A stretch of DNA of 64,000 nt from Mobula hypostoma (Eukaryota). A program made the translations under genes and the position numbers. The stretch covers positions 105,774,001 to 105,838,000 of the forward strand of contig NC_086108.1 of assembly GCF_963921235.1 (NCBI RefSeq), written 5' to 3'. Positions 39,144 to 50,714 of the stretch are shown piece by piece. A model generated the notes under the pieces. That model had not been told where the DNA came from. It made no database searches and saw nothing but the letters and a program-made list of their open reading frames with translations. Positions within the stretch are counted from its first letter, which is position 1, and each line of letters starts with the position of its first letter.

Positions 39144-39567
39144 GCGCCTCTTCCTATAGATGCTGCTTGGCCTGCTGCGTTCACCAGCAACTTTGATGTA
39201 TGTTTCAGGTGATAGGCAAAAGGGATACGAGAGGATCATGGGACAGGAGGTCCGGGAAGAAAGACAAGGGGGGGGGGTGACCCAAAGGAAAAATAAATGT
39301 TCATAACATCAGATTGGAGGCTACCTAGACAGACCATGAGGTGTTGCTCCTGCACCTTGAGACTGGCCTCATTGTGGCAGAGGCGGCGGCTATGGACCAA
39401 CACGGAATGGGGATAGGAATTAAAATTGTAGGCCGCCAGGAAGTCCAGCTTTTGGCAAATGGAGAATAGGTGCTGGACAAAGTGGTCCCTCAATTTACAT
39501 TGGGATTCACCTAATGTATGGGAGGCAGTATCTGGAACACCAGATACTGTAAGCGACCTAACAGGTT

Positions 39568-40246
39568 AGAAACATAGAAACATAGAAAATAGGTGCAGGA
39601 GTAGGCCATTCGGCCCTTCGAGCCTGCACCACCATTTATTATGATCATGGCTGATCATCCAACTCAGAACCCAGCCTTCCCTCCATACCCCCTGACCCCT
39701 GTAGCCACAAGGGCCATATCTAACTTCCTTTTAAACATAGCTAATGAACTGGCCTCAACAGTTTGCAGTGGCAGAGAATTCCACAGATTCACCACTCTCT
39801 GTGTGAAGAAGTTTTTCCTAATCTCGGTCCTAAAAGGCTTCCCCTCTATCCTCAAACTGTGACCCCTCGTTCTGGACCTCCCCAACATCGGGAACAATCT
39901 TCCCGCATCTAGCCTGTCCAATCCCTTTAGGATCTTATACGTTTCAATCAGATCCCCCCTCAATCTTCTAAATTCCAACGAGTACAAGCCCAGTTCATCC
40001 AGTCTTTCTTCATATGAAAGACCTGCCATCCCGGGAATCAATCTGGTGAACCTTCTTTGTACTCCCTCTATGGCAAAGATGTCTTTCCTCAGATTAGGGG
40101 ACCAAAACTGCACACAATACTCCAGGTGTGGTCTCACCAAGGCCTTGTACAACTGCAGTAGTACCTCCCTGCTCCTGTACTCGAATCCTCTCGCTATAAA
40201 TGCCAGCATACCATTCGCCTTTTTCACCGCCTGCTGTACCTGCATG
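39568..40246 (-). mobile_element. Young CR1 3' fragment
   Basis: Open ORF 39664-40245; (TTTCTATG)n tail. Confidence 0.93.
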
Positions 40247-41605
40247 ACCTGTAGGTTGACAGGTGAAGTGTTACCTTACCTGGAAGTACAGTTTGGAGCC
40301 TCGAATGGAGGTGAGGGAGGAGGTGAATGGGCAGGTGGAGCACTTCTGTCACTTGCAGAGATATCTGCCAGGATGGAGATTGGTGGGGAGGGATGAATGG
40401 ACAAGGAAATCATATGGGGAGTCATCCCTGTGGAAGGCGGAGAGTGAGGGGTGGGAGGTGAAAATGTGTTTGAAGGTAGGATCCTGTTGAAATTGCAGAG
40501 AATGATGTGTTGAATGCGGAGGTTCACAGCGTGGTAGATGCTCCGGGCTGTATCTCCAACCAACGAAATAACTAATTAACTAGATAGATAGAGAGAGAGA
40601 GATAAGTAAATGAATCTCACAGTGACAAATGGGCAGGAGATACAGAAGCCTGATTCCCACACAATTTACAAAGGTTTCTGTGCAGGTAACTACATTCCCT
40701 ATACACAGGTAAACATTCTCTTCTAGCAAGGCTGTTGTATTCATCATGTTAGCTACGCTTCAGAAGTAATTGAACCTCTCTATAATATACTCGTGCTTCC
40801 TTAGGTCATGAACCACATCTCATAAATACAAATTCTTTCTCTGTGTTTAGTGACAATAACCTTAACATTCTTAACAAGCAAAGTAACTTGCTGGAATGGG
40901 ATTGCATTATTCCCTTGCAGTGAAGGCTCACAGCACAAAGGCTGCAATGATCAATGATAATTTGTTGGTCAATAGGAAATATTACAAACTTGAAATTCAG
41001 ATTGACAAAGAGGTAAGAGTAAATCTAACACTCTCTACCTCATGATGAGAAGTTGCACTTGAACGTAGACAATGATCGCACTGTTGTCTTATTTCTACTC
41101 GGTATTTCCTAGCGTGCAGCTCCTTACAGCAGACAGATGATTTTATTTCGAGATACAACATGGCAGAAGGCCCAAAGAGCCCGTGCTACCTAGTTACACC
41201 TATGTGAACAATTAACCTATTTAAAATACAGGAGGAAACCAGAGCATGTTGAGGAAACCCACACAGTCACAGGGAGAACATACAAACTCCTTTCAGACAG
41301 CGGTGGAATTGAACCCAGCTAAAATGTCGTAGTTGGTGCCATCTTTCATTGATTCTGTTATGGTTATTATTCTATTATGGATTTGCTGAGAATACCCACA
41401 GGAAAATTAATCTTAGGGTTATATATGGTGACATATATGTACTTTGATAACAAATTTACTTTGAACTTTGAATGCTAGCTGCTACATCGGATTTCCCAAA
41501 AATTCTCCAATCTGAGAGGCCCAGAATTTGGTAATAGGTTCTTGTTTGTTATTGTCACATGTATCGGGTTAGAGTGGGCATTCTTTATTCGAGTGCCATC
41601 CATAC

Positions 41606-41917
41606 AGTCTGTTGGCGTGTGGCCAAGTGGTTGAGATGTTCGTCTAGTGATCTGAAGATCGCTAGTTCGAGCCTTGGCTGAGGCAGCGTGTTGTGTCCTT
41701 GAGCAAGGCACTTAACCACACATTGCTCTGCGCCAACACTGGTGCCAAGCTGTATGGATCCTAATGCCCTTCCCTTGGACAACATCGGTGGCATGGAGAG
41801 GGGAGACTTGCAGCATGGGCAACTGCCAGTCTTCCATACAACCTTGCCCAGGCCTGCGCCCTGAAAACCTTCCAAGGCGCAAATCCATGGTCTCACGAGA
41901 CTAATGGATGCCTAAAG
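41606..41917 (+). mobile_element. tRNA-derived SINE with CORE-like segment and RTE-type body and tail
   Basis: A-box TGGCCAAGTGG; B-box GTTCGAGCC; GTGTCCTTGAGCAAGGCACTTAACC; tail CCATGGTCTCACGAGACTAATGGATGCCT; TSD ATCCATAC. Confidence 0.85.
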
Positions 41918-44900
41918 ATCCATACGGATCATTCCATATGGAAACACATTGATGTAGTGCAAAAGGAGAATATAGTGAGCCTAAGGTCTACACACAACGA
42001 TTTGGGATCAGCTTCTTCACCTCTGTCACCAAATTTTTGTATGATCATGAACACTACCTCCTTATTCCAGAGTTTTTTTGCACTATGTATTTATTTTGGT
42101 AATTTATTGAATTTTTATGTTTGTGCACTATTTATTTATTTATTTATTATTGATTTATTGAGGTACAGCATGGAGTAGGCCCTTCTGAATTTTTGAGACA
42201 CATTGCCTAGCAACCCCCGATTTAACTTAGCCACAGGAAAATTGACAATGAGCAACTAACCTATGAACCGGTACGTCTTTGGACTGTGGCAGGAAACTGG
42301 AGCACCTGGAGGAAACCCACATAGCCACAGAGAAAACGTGCAAACTCCTTAAAGGCAGTGGTGGGAATTGAACCTGGGTCTCTGGTACTGCGAAGCGTTG
42401 TGCTAACCACTGCACTACCATGCCATTGGCCCGTGAACCCATAATTCCATGTCATGCTGTATACGTTAGTGACAATAATTATACCTGATACCTGCTACCT
42501 CACTGTACCTATTGGCTTCCCAACAGGCACAGTATCTCTTATTTATGCCGGAATCTGAACATTATTAGTTGGCACTTTACAGGAGCATAATTAGATAAAG
42601 ATTAGTGGAAGGGGACAACGGTGGAAAGGGTGAATAGTTTCAAGTTCGTCTCCTGGGCCCAACGTATTGATCAATTATGAAGAAGGCCCCTCAGCAGCTA
42701 TATTTCTCTAGGTGTTTGAGGAGGTTTGATCTGTCACCAAAGACTCGTGCAAAATTCTACAGATGTACCATGGAGTGCATTTTGTCTCATTCCTTCACCG
42801 TCTGGTATGGGGGTGGGAGTATTGCACAGGATCAGTAAAAGCTGCAGAGAGTTGTAAATTTAGCCAGCTCTATCTTGGCCACCAACTTCCCCTGCATCGA
42901 GGACATCTTGATTCGGTGATGCCTCAAGAAGGCAGCATCCATCACTAAGACTCTTAATCCAGGATAAGTGGATGTCTCCGTCCAGAACATGCCCTCTTTT
43001 GATCACTACCATCAGAGAGGAGGTACAGGGGCTTGAGGACGCACACTCAATATTTTAGGAACAGTTTCTTCCCCTCCACCATCAGATTTCTGAATGGCCC
43101 GTGAACCCATAAATGCTACCTTGCTTTTTGCCCTCATGCAGTACTCATTTATTTAAAAATATTTCTTATAGCAACTTGCAGTAATTTTTTAATGTATTAC
43201 TGCACTGCTGCTATAAAACAACAAATTTCATGACATATGTCATTGGTAATAAACCTGATTGTGTGTGGAATAAGCTGTTCGAATGGTATGCAAATCTTTT
43301 CACTATCTCGTTACATGAAGACAATGATAACTCGACACCAAAATCACAAACACTGTGACCATCGTAATTTGAGAAACAGAGTTACAAAAATTCACAATGC
43401 ACTGAGCGAAAAGAAACTTCATCTCACCTCCGAGGAAAGCATTTCTGTCTCTACAGTGATCAGGAAGCCAAAAGGAGGTGCTCTTCTTGTGGGATTAGAC
43501 AAGCAGATTAACTCTTGAGCAATCAGCTTTATCTGCGATCAAGGTGGAAGATGAATTTGTATATTATGTCCTGGACATGAAAAAATGATTCAGGTTATGT
43601 TGAGTGTGAGGAACAATTTCTGTGCATTAGGCATTGTTTTGCTCAGTAATAAGTTTCAAGGCTCCACTTAATATTTGGGAATTTACAGATACAGCACGGA
43701 ACAGACCCTTCTGGTCCAATAGGCCGCATCACCCAGCAATCCATCTATTTAACCACAGGGCAATTTACAATGACCAAGTAACTTACTAACTGGTACATCT
43801 TTGGATTCGAGGAAACCAGAGCACCTGGAGGAAACCCACACACTCACATATAAACTTCTTACAGATAGCATCAGAATTCAACCCCAAACTCCAACGTCCC
43901 CTGAGCTGTGATCGCATCAAACTAACCGCTAATGTTACCATGGCACACTCTCATAATGAGTGGACTTCATCGAAACAATCATCTTGTGAATGGTCTTTGA
44001 TCTCATTCTGAATATTGCACCCTTCTTTTGTAACAATAAACACGCAGGGTAAATCATCAATGGTTCATCTGCATGCGGCCATCTTTATCTCGTTTCCTTC
44101 TTACTCCGCTGTTATTTAGACAGCACTGTGGCAATCCAAGGCAGACAAACAGAATAAATAACACAGCTCAGTTTGGATGAGTGAACTAGGGCTTTTCTCT
44201 TATAGACTGAAGCAGATTGTGAGGTGACTTTGTAGTGATGTACAAGATGATAAGAGACATTGATCGAGTGGACAGCCAGAGACTTTTTCCCCAGGGTGAA
44301 AATGGTCAATACCAGGGGCATAGTTTTAAAGTGATGGGATTGAAGTATAGGGGGAGATGTCAGATGTACAGAGAGTAGTGGGGGCGTAGAACACCCTATT
44401 AGGCTTGGTGCTAGAGTCAGATAGATTTTGATTAATCTTAGAGTAGGTTAAAATGTTGGGCCAAAGGGTTTGTACTGTGCTGTAATGTTTTGCATTGTAT
44501 GTTCTCTGGTCAATTAACACTTTTAAACAGAGTTGTTCAGTCATTCAGCATGGAATCAAGCCCCTTGGCCTGACTTGTCCATTCTGTTCAAGATGCTCTT
44601 CCGAGCTAGGCTCATTTGCCTGTGTTTCAAAACAAGTTGAGTTTATTGTCATGTGCACAAGTACGCTGTGGAACAGGTACAATGGAAATCTGGCTTGCAT
44701 TGGCATCACAATCACAGAGGGACAGACTACATACAGGATACCAATTATACATAAAATTATACCACACAGAGAGAAGTAACAAAGACTACAAAAAAAGCCC
44801 CTTAAACCTTTCCTGTCAACGTATCTGTCTAAATGTCCTATTGTACCAGCCATATCTACAATGAAGAGGAAAAAGATTGCTAGGACCCCATCGCTGAACT

Positions 44901-45376
44901 GATTTAACAAGCTATGGACTCACTTTCAAGGACTCTTCATCTCATAATCTCGATACTTATTGATTATTATTTATGTTTTATTTTTTACTCAGCTCAACCT
45001 GGTAAAACCTGAGGTATGGGCATAGCCAAGCACACTCATTTCTCAATTGCTCGGAACTCTCAGACTATTCTAGTGGTGTTTAGTATTGTGGCTTTCTGAA
45101 GATTTACATAAATAGTGCTGTGTAGCCCTAATTGTTTAATGCTATTGTGTAGTGACTTTGGGACAACACCAGTTGTAGATATTACTATCGGAACAATGTA
45201 TACCCTATTCATATTCTGTAGTCTTTCAATTTCCTCTTTCAATTCAACATATTTCTGTTTTTTTTCCCACATATTAATTTCTGTTTGTTATATGTGTATG
45301 GAATGGCTATATCTATTTAGTAAGTTGTACTTGTTTGTTTATCCTGCAATATTATATCCAGAGAGTTATTATGTAC

Positions 45377-45987
45377 AGCGCCTTTACTTCCTGAGAAAAC
45401 TAAAGAAATTTGGCCTGTCCCCTAAAACCCTCACTAATTTTTTATAGATGCACCATAGAAAGCATTCATCTAGGGTGCATCACAACCTGGTATGGAAGTT
45501 GTCCTGTCTAAGACCGGAAGAAGCTGCAGAAGATCGTGAACACGGCGCAGCACATCACACAAACCAATCTTCCATCCTTGGACTCACTTCACACCGCACG
45601 CTGTCGGAGCAGTGCTACCAGGATAATCAAGGATGCGACCCACCCAGCCAACACACTTTTCATCCCTCTTCCCTCCGAGAGAAGGCTCAGGAGCTTGAAA
45701 ACTCGTACCGCCAGATTTGGGAACAGCTTCTTTCCAACTGTGATAAGACTGCTGAACGGATCCTGACCCGGATCTGGGCCGTACCCTCCAAATATCTGGA
45801 CCTGCATCTCGTTTTTTTTGCACTACCTTACTTTCCATTTTTCTACTTTCTATTTATGATTTATACTTTAATTTTTAATATTTACTATCAATTTGTAATC
45901 CAGGGAGCAGGAAGCGCAGAATCAAATATCGCTATGATGATTGTACGTTCTAGTATCAATTGTTTGCCGACAATAAAGTATAAAGTA
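45377..45987 (+). mobile_element. Rex1/Babar-group 3' end inserted in the R4 endonuclease region
   Basis: QRLYFLRKLKKFGL; splits the R4 peptide DRTI|HNNSLD. Confidence 0.88.
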
Positions 45988-47651
45988 TTGTCCTATCTGT
46001 AATAATAGATCTGTTGTAATATAATTTGTAGGACTTTGGCTCTAAAACTGGATCAGTCTTTTGTTTACAGTAAGGTATGGTGTCTTTTCTGAGTTTGTAT
46101 TTGAAAGCAAGATTTTGGTGAATGATGTTTGCTATTTGATTGTGCCTGTGTAAGTAATCAGATTGAGTTAAACTGCTGCAGGATGCTGTAATGTGTTGGA
46201 TTGTTTCTGGTTTCTCTTGGTATTTTCTATATTTATCACTTTGAATTTGCTGGTCCTTTAAGTATTTTTGATAATTTTTTGTGTTAACCATCTGGTCCTG
46301 TATTGTCACAGGGAACCTTACAGTTTCTGCGAAGAGGTCTCCAACTCTGAGCCAGGGGTCTGTCACCTCCTTGTCGATGTATAGTCTGCTCTGATCATTG
46401 GAGGGTTATGCTCTTCCATTGGTTAACTTTTTCTTCAATAGTGATAATGTCTTCATTTTTCTGGTTTATGCTCTCATGTAAATTTACTGGTGTGTACTTC
46501 TTATCAGAATTCCTGATGCTCGGATGGAGTGCTGATTCATGTTTTCATTGATGAAAGTATATCTGCAGAAGTTTTATCTGACTGTTGTGTAGATTTTTAA
46601 TGTCTGTTATTCCTCTTCCCCCTTCTGTCCTAGGTAGTGTAAATCTAAATGCATTCAAATGTACATTATGTTTTCTGAAACTTGTCATTTCAGTTGTTAT
46701 TTTTCTTTGTAAGTTTTCCAGTTCGGTTTTGGACCAAGATATTATGCCAAAAGAATACATTATTATCGGTATAGTGAAATTGTTTATTGCCTTTGTTATA
46801 TTCTTGCCGTTGAGCTCTGTTTGGCAGATTTTCTTAAGCCTTGAAGTAAGTTCTGTCAAAAGTTTTTCCTTTATCACACTATGATCTATATTCTTTGCTT
46901 GTCAATATCCCAGATACATATATGTTTCATGTTCATCTATCGGATGTATTATATCCTGCTGCTCTGTTTTGTATTCTATTAGCTCCATTGCACCTTCCTT
47001 TGCGTTTAATTTTCTGCATCTATCCAGTTCAAAAATTCATGTTTATATCTTTCCAAAATAGTTCTACTATTTGAATTAATTGCTTTAGGTTTGCTGATGA
47101 AGGAGCATATGATTTCAAATTGTCCATATATAGAATGTATGTCAAGGTATAACTTATTTCATTGATTCTAATTTGATACCTTATTTTTGTCCAATTCAGT
47201 AAATTTGAGAGTGGGTTAATAGCTAGAAAGAACCACAGTGGACCTTTAGAGTCACCTTGGAAAATGCTTCGGTTTATTTTGATAACAGTGGTTGTTTGGT
47301 TTTGGTTGTTAATAGATATGATGAATATAATATGCCAATGTTTCATCAGCGGTTGAAGGAATTTCACAAGTATTGGGTGTCGTTTATATATATTAAGACC
47401 TTCTATTAACCATCCGTGTGGAACAGAATCAAATGCTGTTTGGTAATCAATAAAACATCATGAAAGATTTCTGCTTTTCTCCCAGGCTTGATTTAGAATT
47501 ATGGAATCTATTATCAGTTGTTCTTTATATCTTTTCATTGTTTCTACTTTTCTGTAAGTATATTGTAGTTATTGAAGTGAGTGGTGATTAGTTGCGAGAT
47601 GCATGATACTACAATTTTTTATATAGTTTGTAAACAGGTAATAGGACTGTA

Positions 47652-48123
47652 AGCTGGTGAACAGGTCCTGGCCTTCACGTGTGGCTTAGCTTCTAAGCCC
47701 AGCCAAATCTTTTCTACTGACAGGAGAAGGGGCAAAGGCTGGATAGTGACACCATAAAACCAGTCGCTTATGGCAGTTGGGGCTCACCAGCTGTGGCTGG
47801 CAGCTCATCTTGGAAAAGGAAAAATCTGATTTCCAAGCTCCACTGCCTTGTGGCTATACCCACTCATGGGGAAGGGTTTGTAGATAAACTTCGATGGAAA
47901 ATTCCAGAGCTGAAGTCCTTAAGGCAGCCCTACATTGAGGTCAACACTGACTGGCGACTCCTGCGACACTGCTGGTACAAACTGTATCAATCTCTGATGT
48001 TGCTTTCGGTTCATCGGCTGCGTGGAGATGGGGAGCTTGTTACGTGGGCAACAGATTGCTCTCCATATTGTATTGCACTAGCTTGCATATCTAGACAGCT
48101 AGGACCGAAGGAGACCTCATTTC
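47652..48123 (+). mobile_element. RTE 5'UTR-derived non-autonomous retroposon
   Basis: Perfect 12-bp TSD AATAGGACTGTA (47640-47651, 48124-48135); homologous to 4735-5063. Confidence 0.85.
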
Positions 48124-48589
48124 AATAGGACTGTATTTTGATGGGTCATTTTGATTTCTCCTTTAGATAAGAGTTATCTTTTACTATTTGTCAAGAATTA
48201 TTGTTTTTTTTCTTTATTGCTGTATTTCCACAGTTTGTTGTTGTTTGTCCATTGGTTGTTTGTCTGTCTTATTGTGTGTGGTCTTTCATTGTCTTTCATC
48301 GTATTTACTGTGAATGCCCGCAAGAAAATTAATCTCAGGGATGTATAGAGAGACATATGTACTTTGGTAATAAATTTATTTTGAACTTTGAACTCTATGG
48401 TATCAGAGAGGGAACAGCTCCTTTCCCTCCACCTCACTGTGTAGGTGTAGAAATGATTATACAAATTGCTTCATTATTAATTCGATTGGCCATAGACCAC
48501 AAGATATAGGAGCAGGATTAGGCCATTTGGCCCATCAAGTCTGCTCCACCATTTTATCATGGCTGATCCACTCTGTCTCGGCCTCAATC

Positions 48590-49281
48590 GAGAGGGGAGG
48601 AGAAGATGGCGGCGCAATGCAGCACACGCGGCCGCTCTGAAATGGTATCATATTTGTAAGTAGGATGCCATTCACAATCCTGATTTGATGGAGACAGATG
48701 TGAGAAACACCGAGGAACATCTGGAGAAATTTCTGAAATGTCCACTTCGCTGCCGCTGCTACTGTGCGATCGAGAATCTCCGGAGGGGAAGGCCCCAAAT
48801 CCTCGGCTTTGCCTATTGCCTGTTGCTGGGGCCGGGATCGAAGCGCTCGGCAGAGATGATACTCGGTGCTCGGTATCGGAGGGCTGCTCAGAGGCTCGAA
48901 GTTTTTGGACGGACTCAAGAGTTGGCTGTGGTCGGGTGCTTCCAGGGCGCTGCATCGGCAAGTTTGCGGCGCTGGAAGCTTATGGCAGGGAGAGTTTTTT
49001 TCTTCCTTCTACCGTCTGTGTGAGATGATGGGGCTTTCGAGAGACTTTGAGACTTTTTTTTTACCATGCCCGTGGTCTATTCTTTATTAAATTACGGTAT
49101 TGATTTGCACTGTTGTAACTATATGTTATAATTATGTGGTTTTCGTCAGTTTTTTTAGTCTTGGTTTGTCTTGCGTTTCTGTGATATCATTCTGGAGGAA
49201 CATTGTATCATTTCTTAATGCATGCATTACGAAATGACAATAAAAGAGGATGGCGTGTCCTCATAATCTAATCTAATCTAA
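48590..49281 (+). mobile_element. Young CpG-rich non-autonomous retroposon with (AATCT)n tail
   Basis: 5' AAGATGGCGGCG motif; AATAAA then AATCT repeats; inserted at AATC within a CR1 tail. Confidence 0.7.
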
Positions 49282-49450
49282 ATCTCCATAATTTAGAGCT
49301 TAATTTGGAGTACACTGGGAAAGAAACACATTGCAAGTTTATGAATTCAGAATCAGGTTTATCATCATTCACATATGTCAGCTGGATAAATGTTGATTCT
49401 GTACAATAGTGTAAAAAGGTAGCACTCATTTATTTACTTATTTAGAGATC

Positions 49451-49517
49451 CAGTACTGTGCAAAAATCTTGGTCACATTTATATATCTCGGGAGCCTAAG
49501 ACTTTTGCACAGTACTG
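49451..49517. mobile_element. Tc1-type mini-MITE hairpin
   Basis: CAGTACTGTGCAAAAATCTT ... AAGACTTTTGCACAGTACTG followed by TA. Confidence 0.75.
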
Positions 49518-50714
49518 TAGTAATTTTATGCATTGCACTGTATGCTGCTGCAAAAACAAATGTCATGATATGAGTGATGATAAACCTGATTCTGATATTT
49601 GTCTCTATCGTGGACTGAGAGTGGGGAAATCATGGTTGGGGAAAGGGGAAGGGAGAGGGGAGGGAATGGGAAGCACCAGAGAGACATTCTGTAATGATCA
49701 ATAAACCAGTTGTTTGGAATCAGATTGTCTGGAGTCTCAGGGTTGGTTGTGTCTGCACCCACATCACCACACGCGCCTGGCACTCCTCTGCCATCTGTCC
49801 CATGGCACCCACCCCTCACCATTCCCAACAACCTTTGTTCCCAACAGATTCACAAACTCGCTGTCCGCTCCACGTTGACAAATACGGTACTGTGCAACAA
49901 CCCCCGATTTAACCCAAACCCCATTGCAGAACAAACCTCTTTCAGTAACCATTTCCGTGCTGATGTGAACTGCGAAGCCCAGTTTCTTCAGTCTATTGAG
50001 CTGGTCATCACTGGGAGAGCAAGCCTTTATTGCCCCTTAATCAAGGGGTTTGCCAGGCAGTGAGGCGAGAACTACATTGCTTTTGGACTGGAGTCACAGT
50101 AAGTCTGGAATGAATCGGAAGAGCAATTTCTTTCTCTAATGGCCCTGAATTAACCAGATGGCCACCATCAGTTTTAAAATTGACTGAATTAATTGTATTT
50201 AAATTCACTGTGTTGACAGGATTTTAACTTGATCATTAATGTGGGCTTTTGTATTTCAAGTCTCTTGTCCTGATCTAATCCAGTTCTTCCTACGCCCAGT
50301 TCCCCAGCACCCTATTTCTTGTATTCTTCACCCAATTCTTCCGCCCATTTCCCCTACACTCTCCTTCCCACTGGGTCTCCTTCATCCACCATCCTCCCCA
50401 AACCACAATGTTTTCATCTGCCCTTTCCTATCAGTCTCCATCATCAGCCCCGTGTCACCTCCACCTCCCAGCTTCTGTTGTTATATCCATTCTCCTGTCC
50501 TCCCATCCTCCATCTGTCTGTCACCCCTTCACCTGCCTTCACCAACTTTTACCCCTCACCTTCCCATCACCACTTTTTACTGGCCACCCCTCCTCTATCA
50601 TTCAGCCCAAGTCTCAGATTGACCAATTAACCATGCAATTGTATGTCTTTAGATGTAGAGGAAAGACGTCTATGAGGAAAAACCCATGCATTGTGTGTGC
50701 AGGCTTCACACCGA

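Larger units (their letters stand above)
34202..39283 (-). mobile_element. Young Penelope-like element (Neptune-type) with tandem and inverted pseudo-LTRs
   Basis: RT plus Cys-rich linker plus GIY-YIG; upstream direct partial copy at 37699-38248; inverted 3' copy at 38250-39204; three hammerheads. Confidence 0.95.
33835..40545 (-). mobile_element. Older Penelope-like copy (33835-34200, 39284-39567, 40250-40545) split by the young PLE and a CR1
   Basis: Continuous PLE homology across the insertions; TSD-like AAGGAGAAATA / AAGGAAAAATA. Confidence 0.75.
44985..48190 (-). mobile_element. Decayed R4/Dong-clade non-LTR retrotransposon (RT plus restriction-like endonuclease)
   Basis: IFQGDS..PLWF; YMDNLKSYA (YMDD); RTEGGRGI; IQDQ; ETIQHITASC..YLHRHN; KYVEL..IVPIVISTTG; LQKATILNT. 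Confidence 0.88.

Noticed and set aside
34202..39204. DNA transposon with long TIRs, or a DIRS element
   Set aside because: No transposase or tyrosine recombinase; the inverted repeat is a duplicated PLE 3' end containing GIY-YIG sequence.
32599..40246. Two near-identical CR1 pieces acting as LTRs or a segmental duplication around the PLE
   Set aside because: Each has its own tail, 5' truncation point and unrelated flanks, so they are independent insertions of one young subfamily.
41612..41685. tRNA gene
   Set aside because: The A and B boxes are the head of a SINE with body, RTE-type tail and TSD; there is no poly-T terminator. The same applies to the HE1-like heads.
50239..50630. Pro/Ser-rich ORFs
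   Set aside because: Translations of a pyrimidine-rich degraded PLE pLTR.
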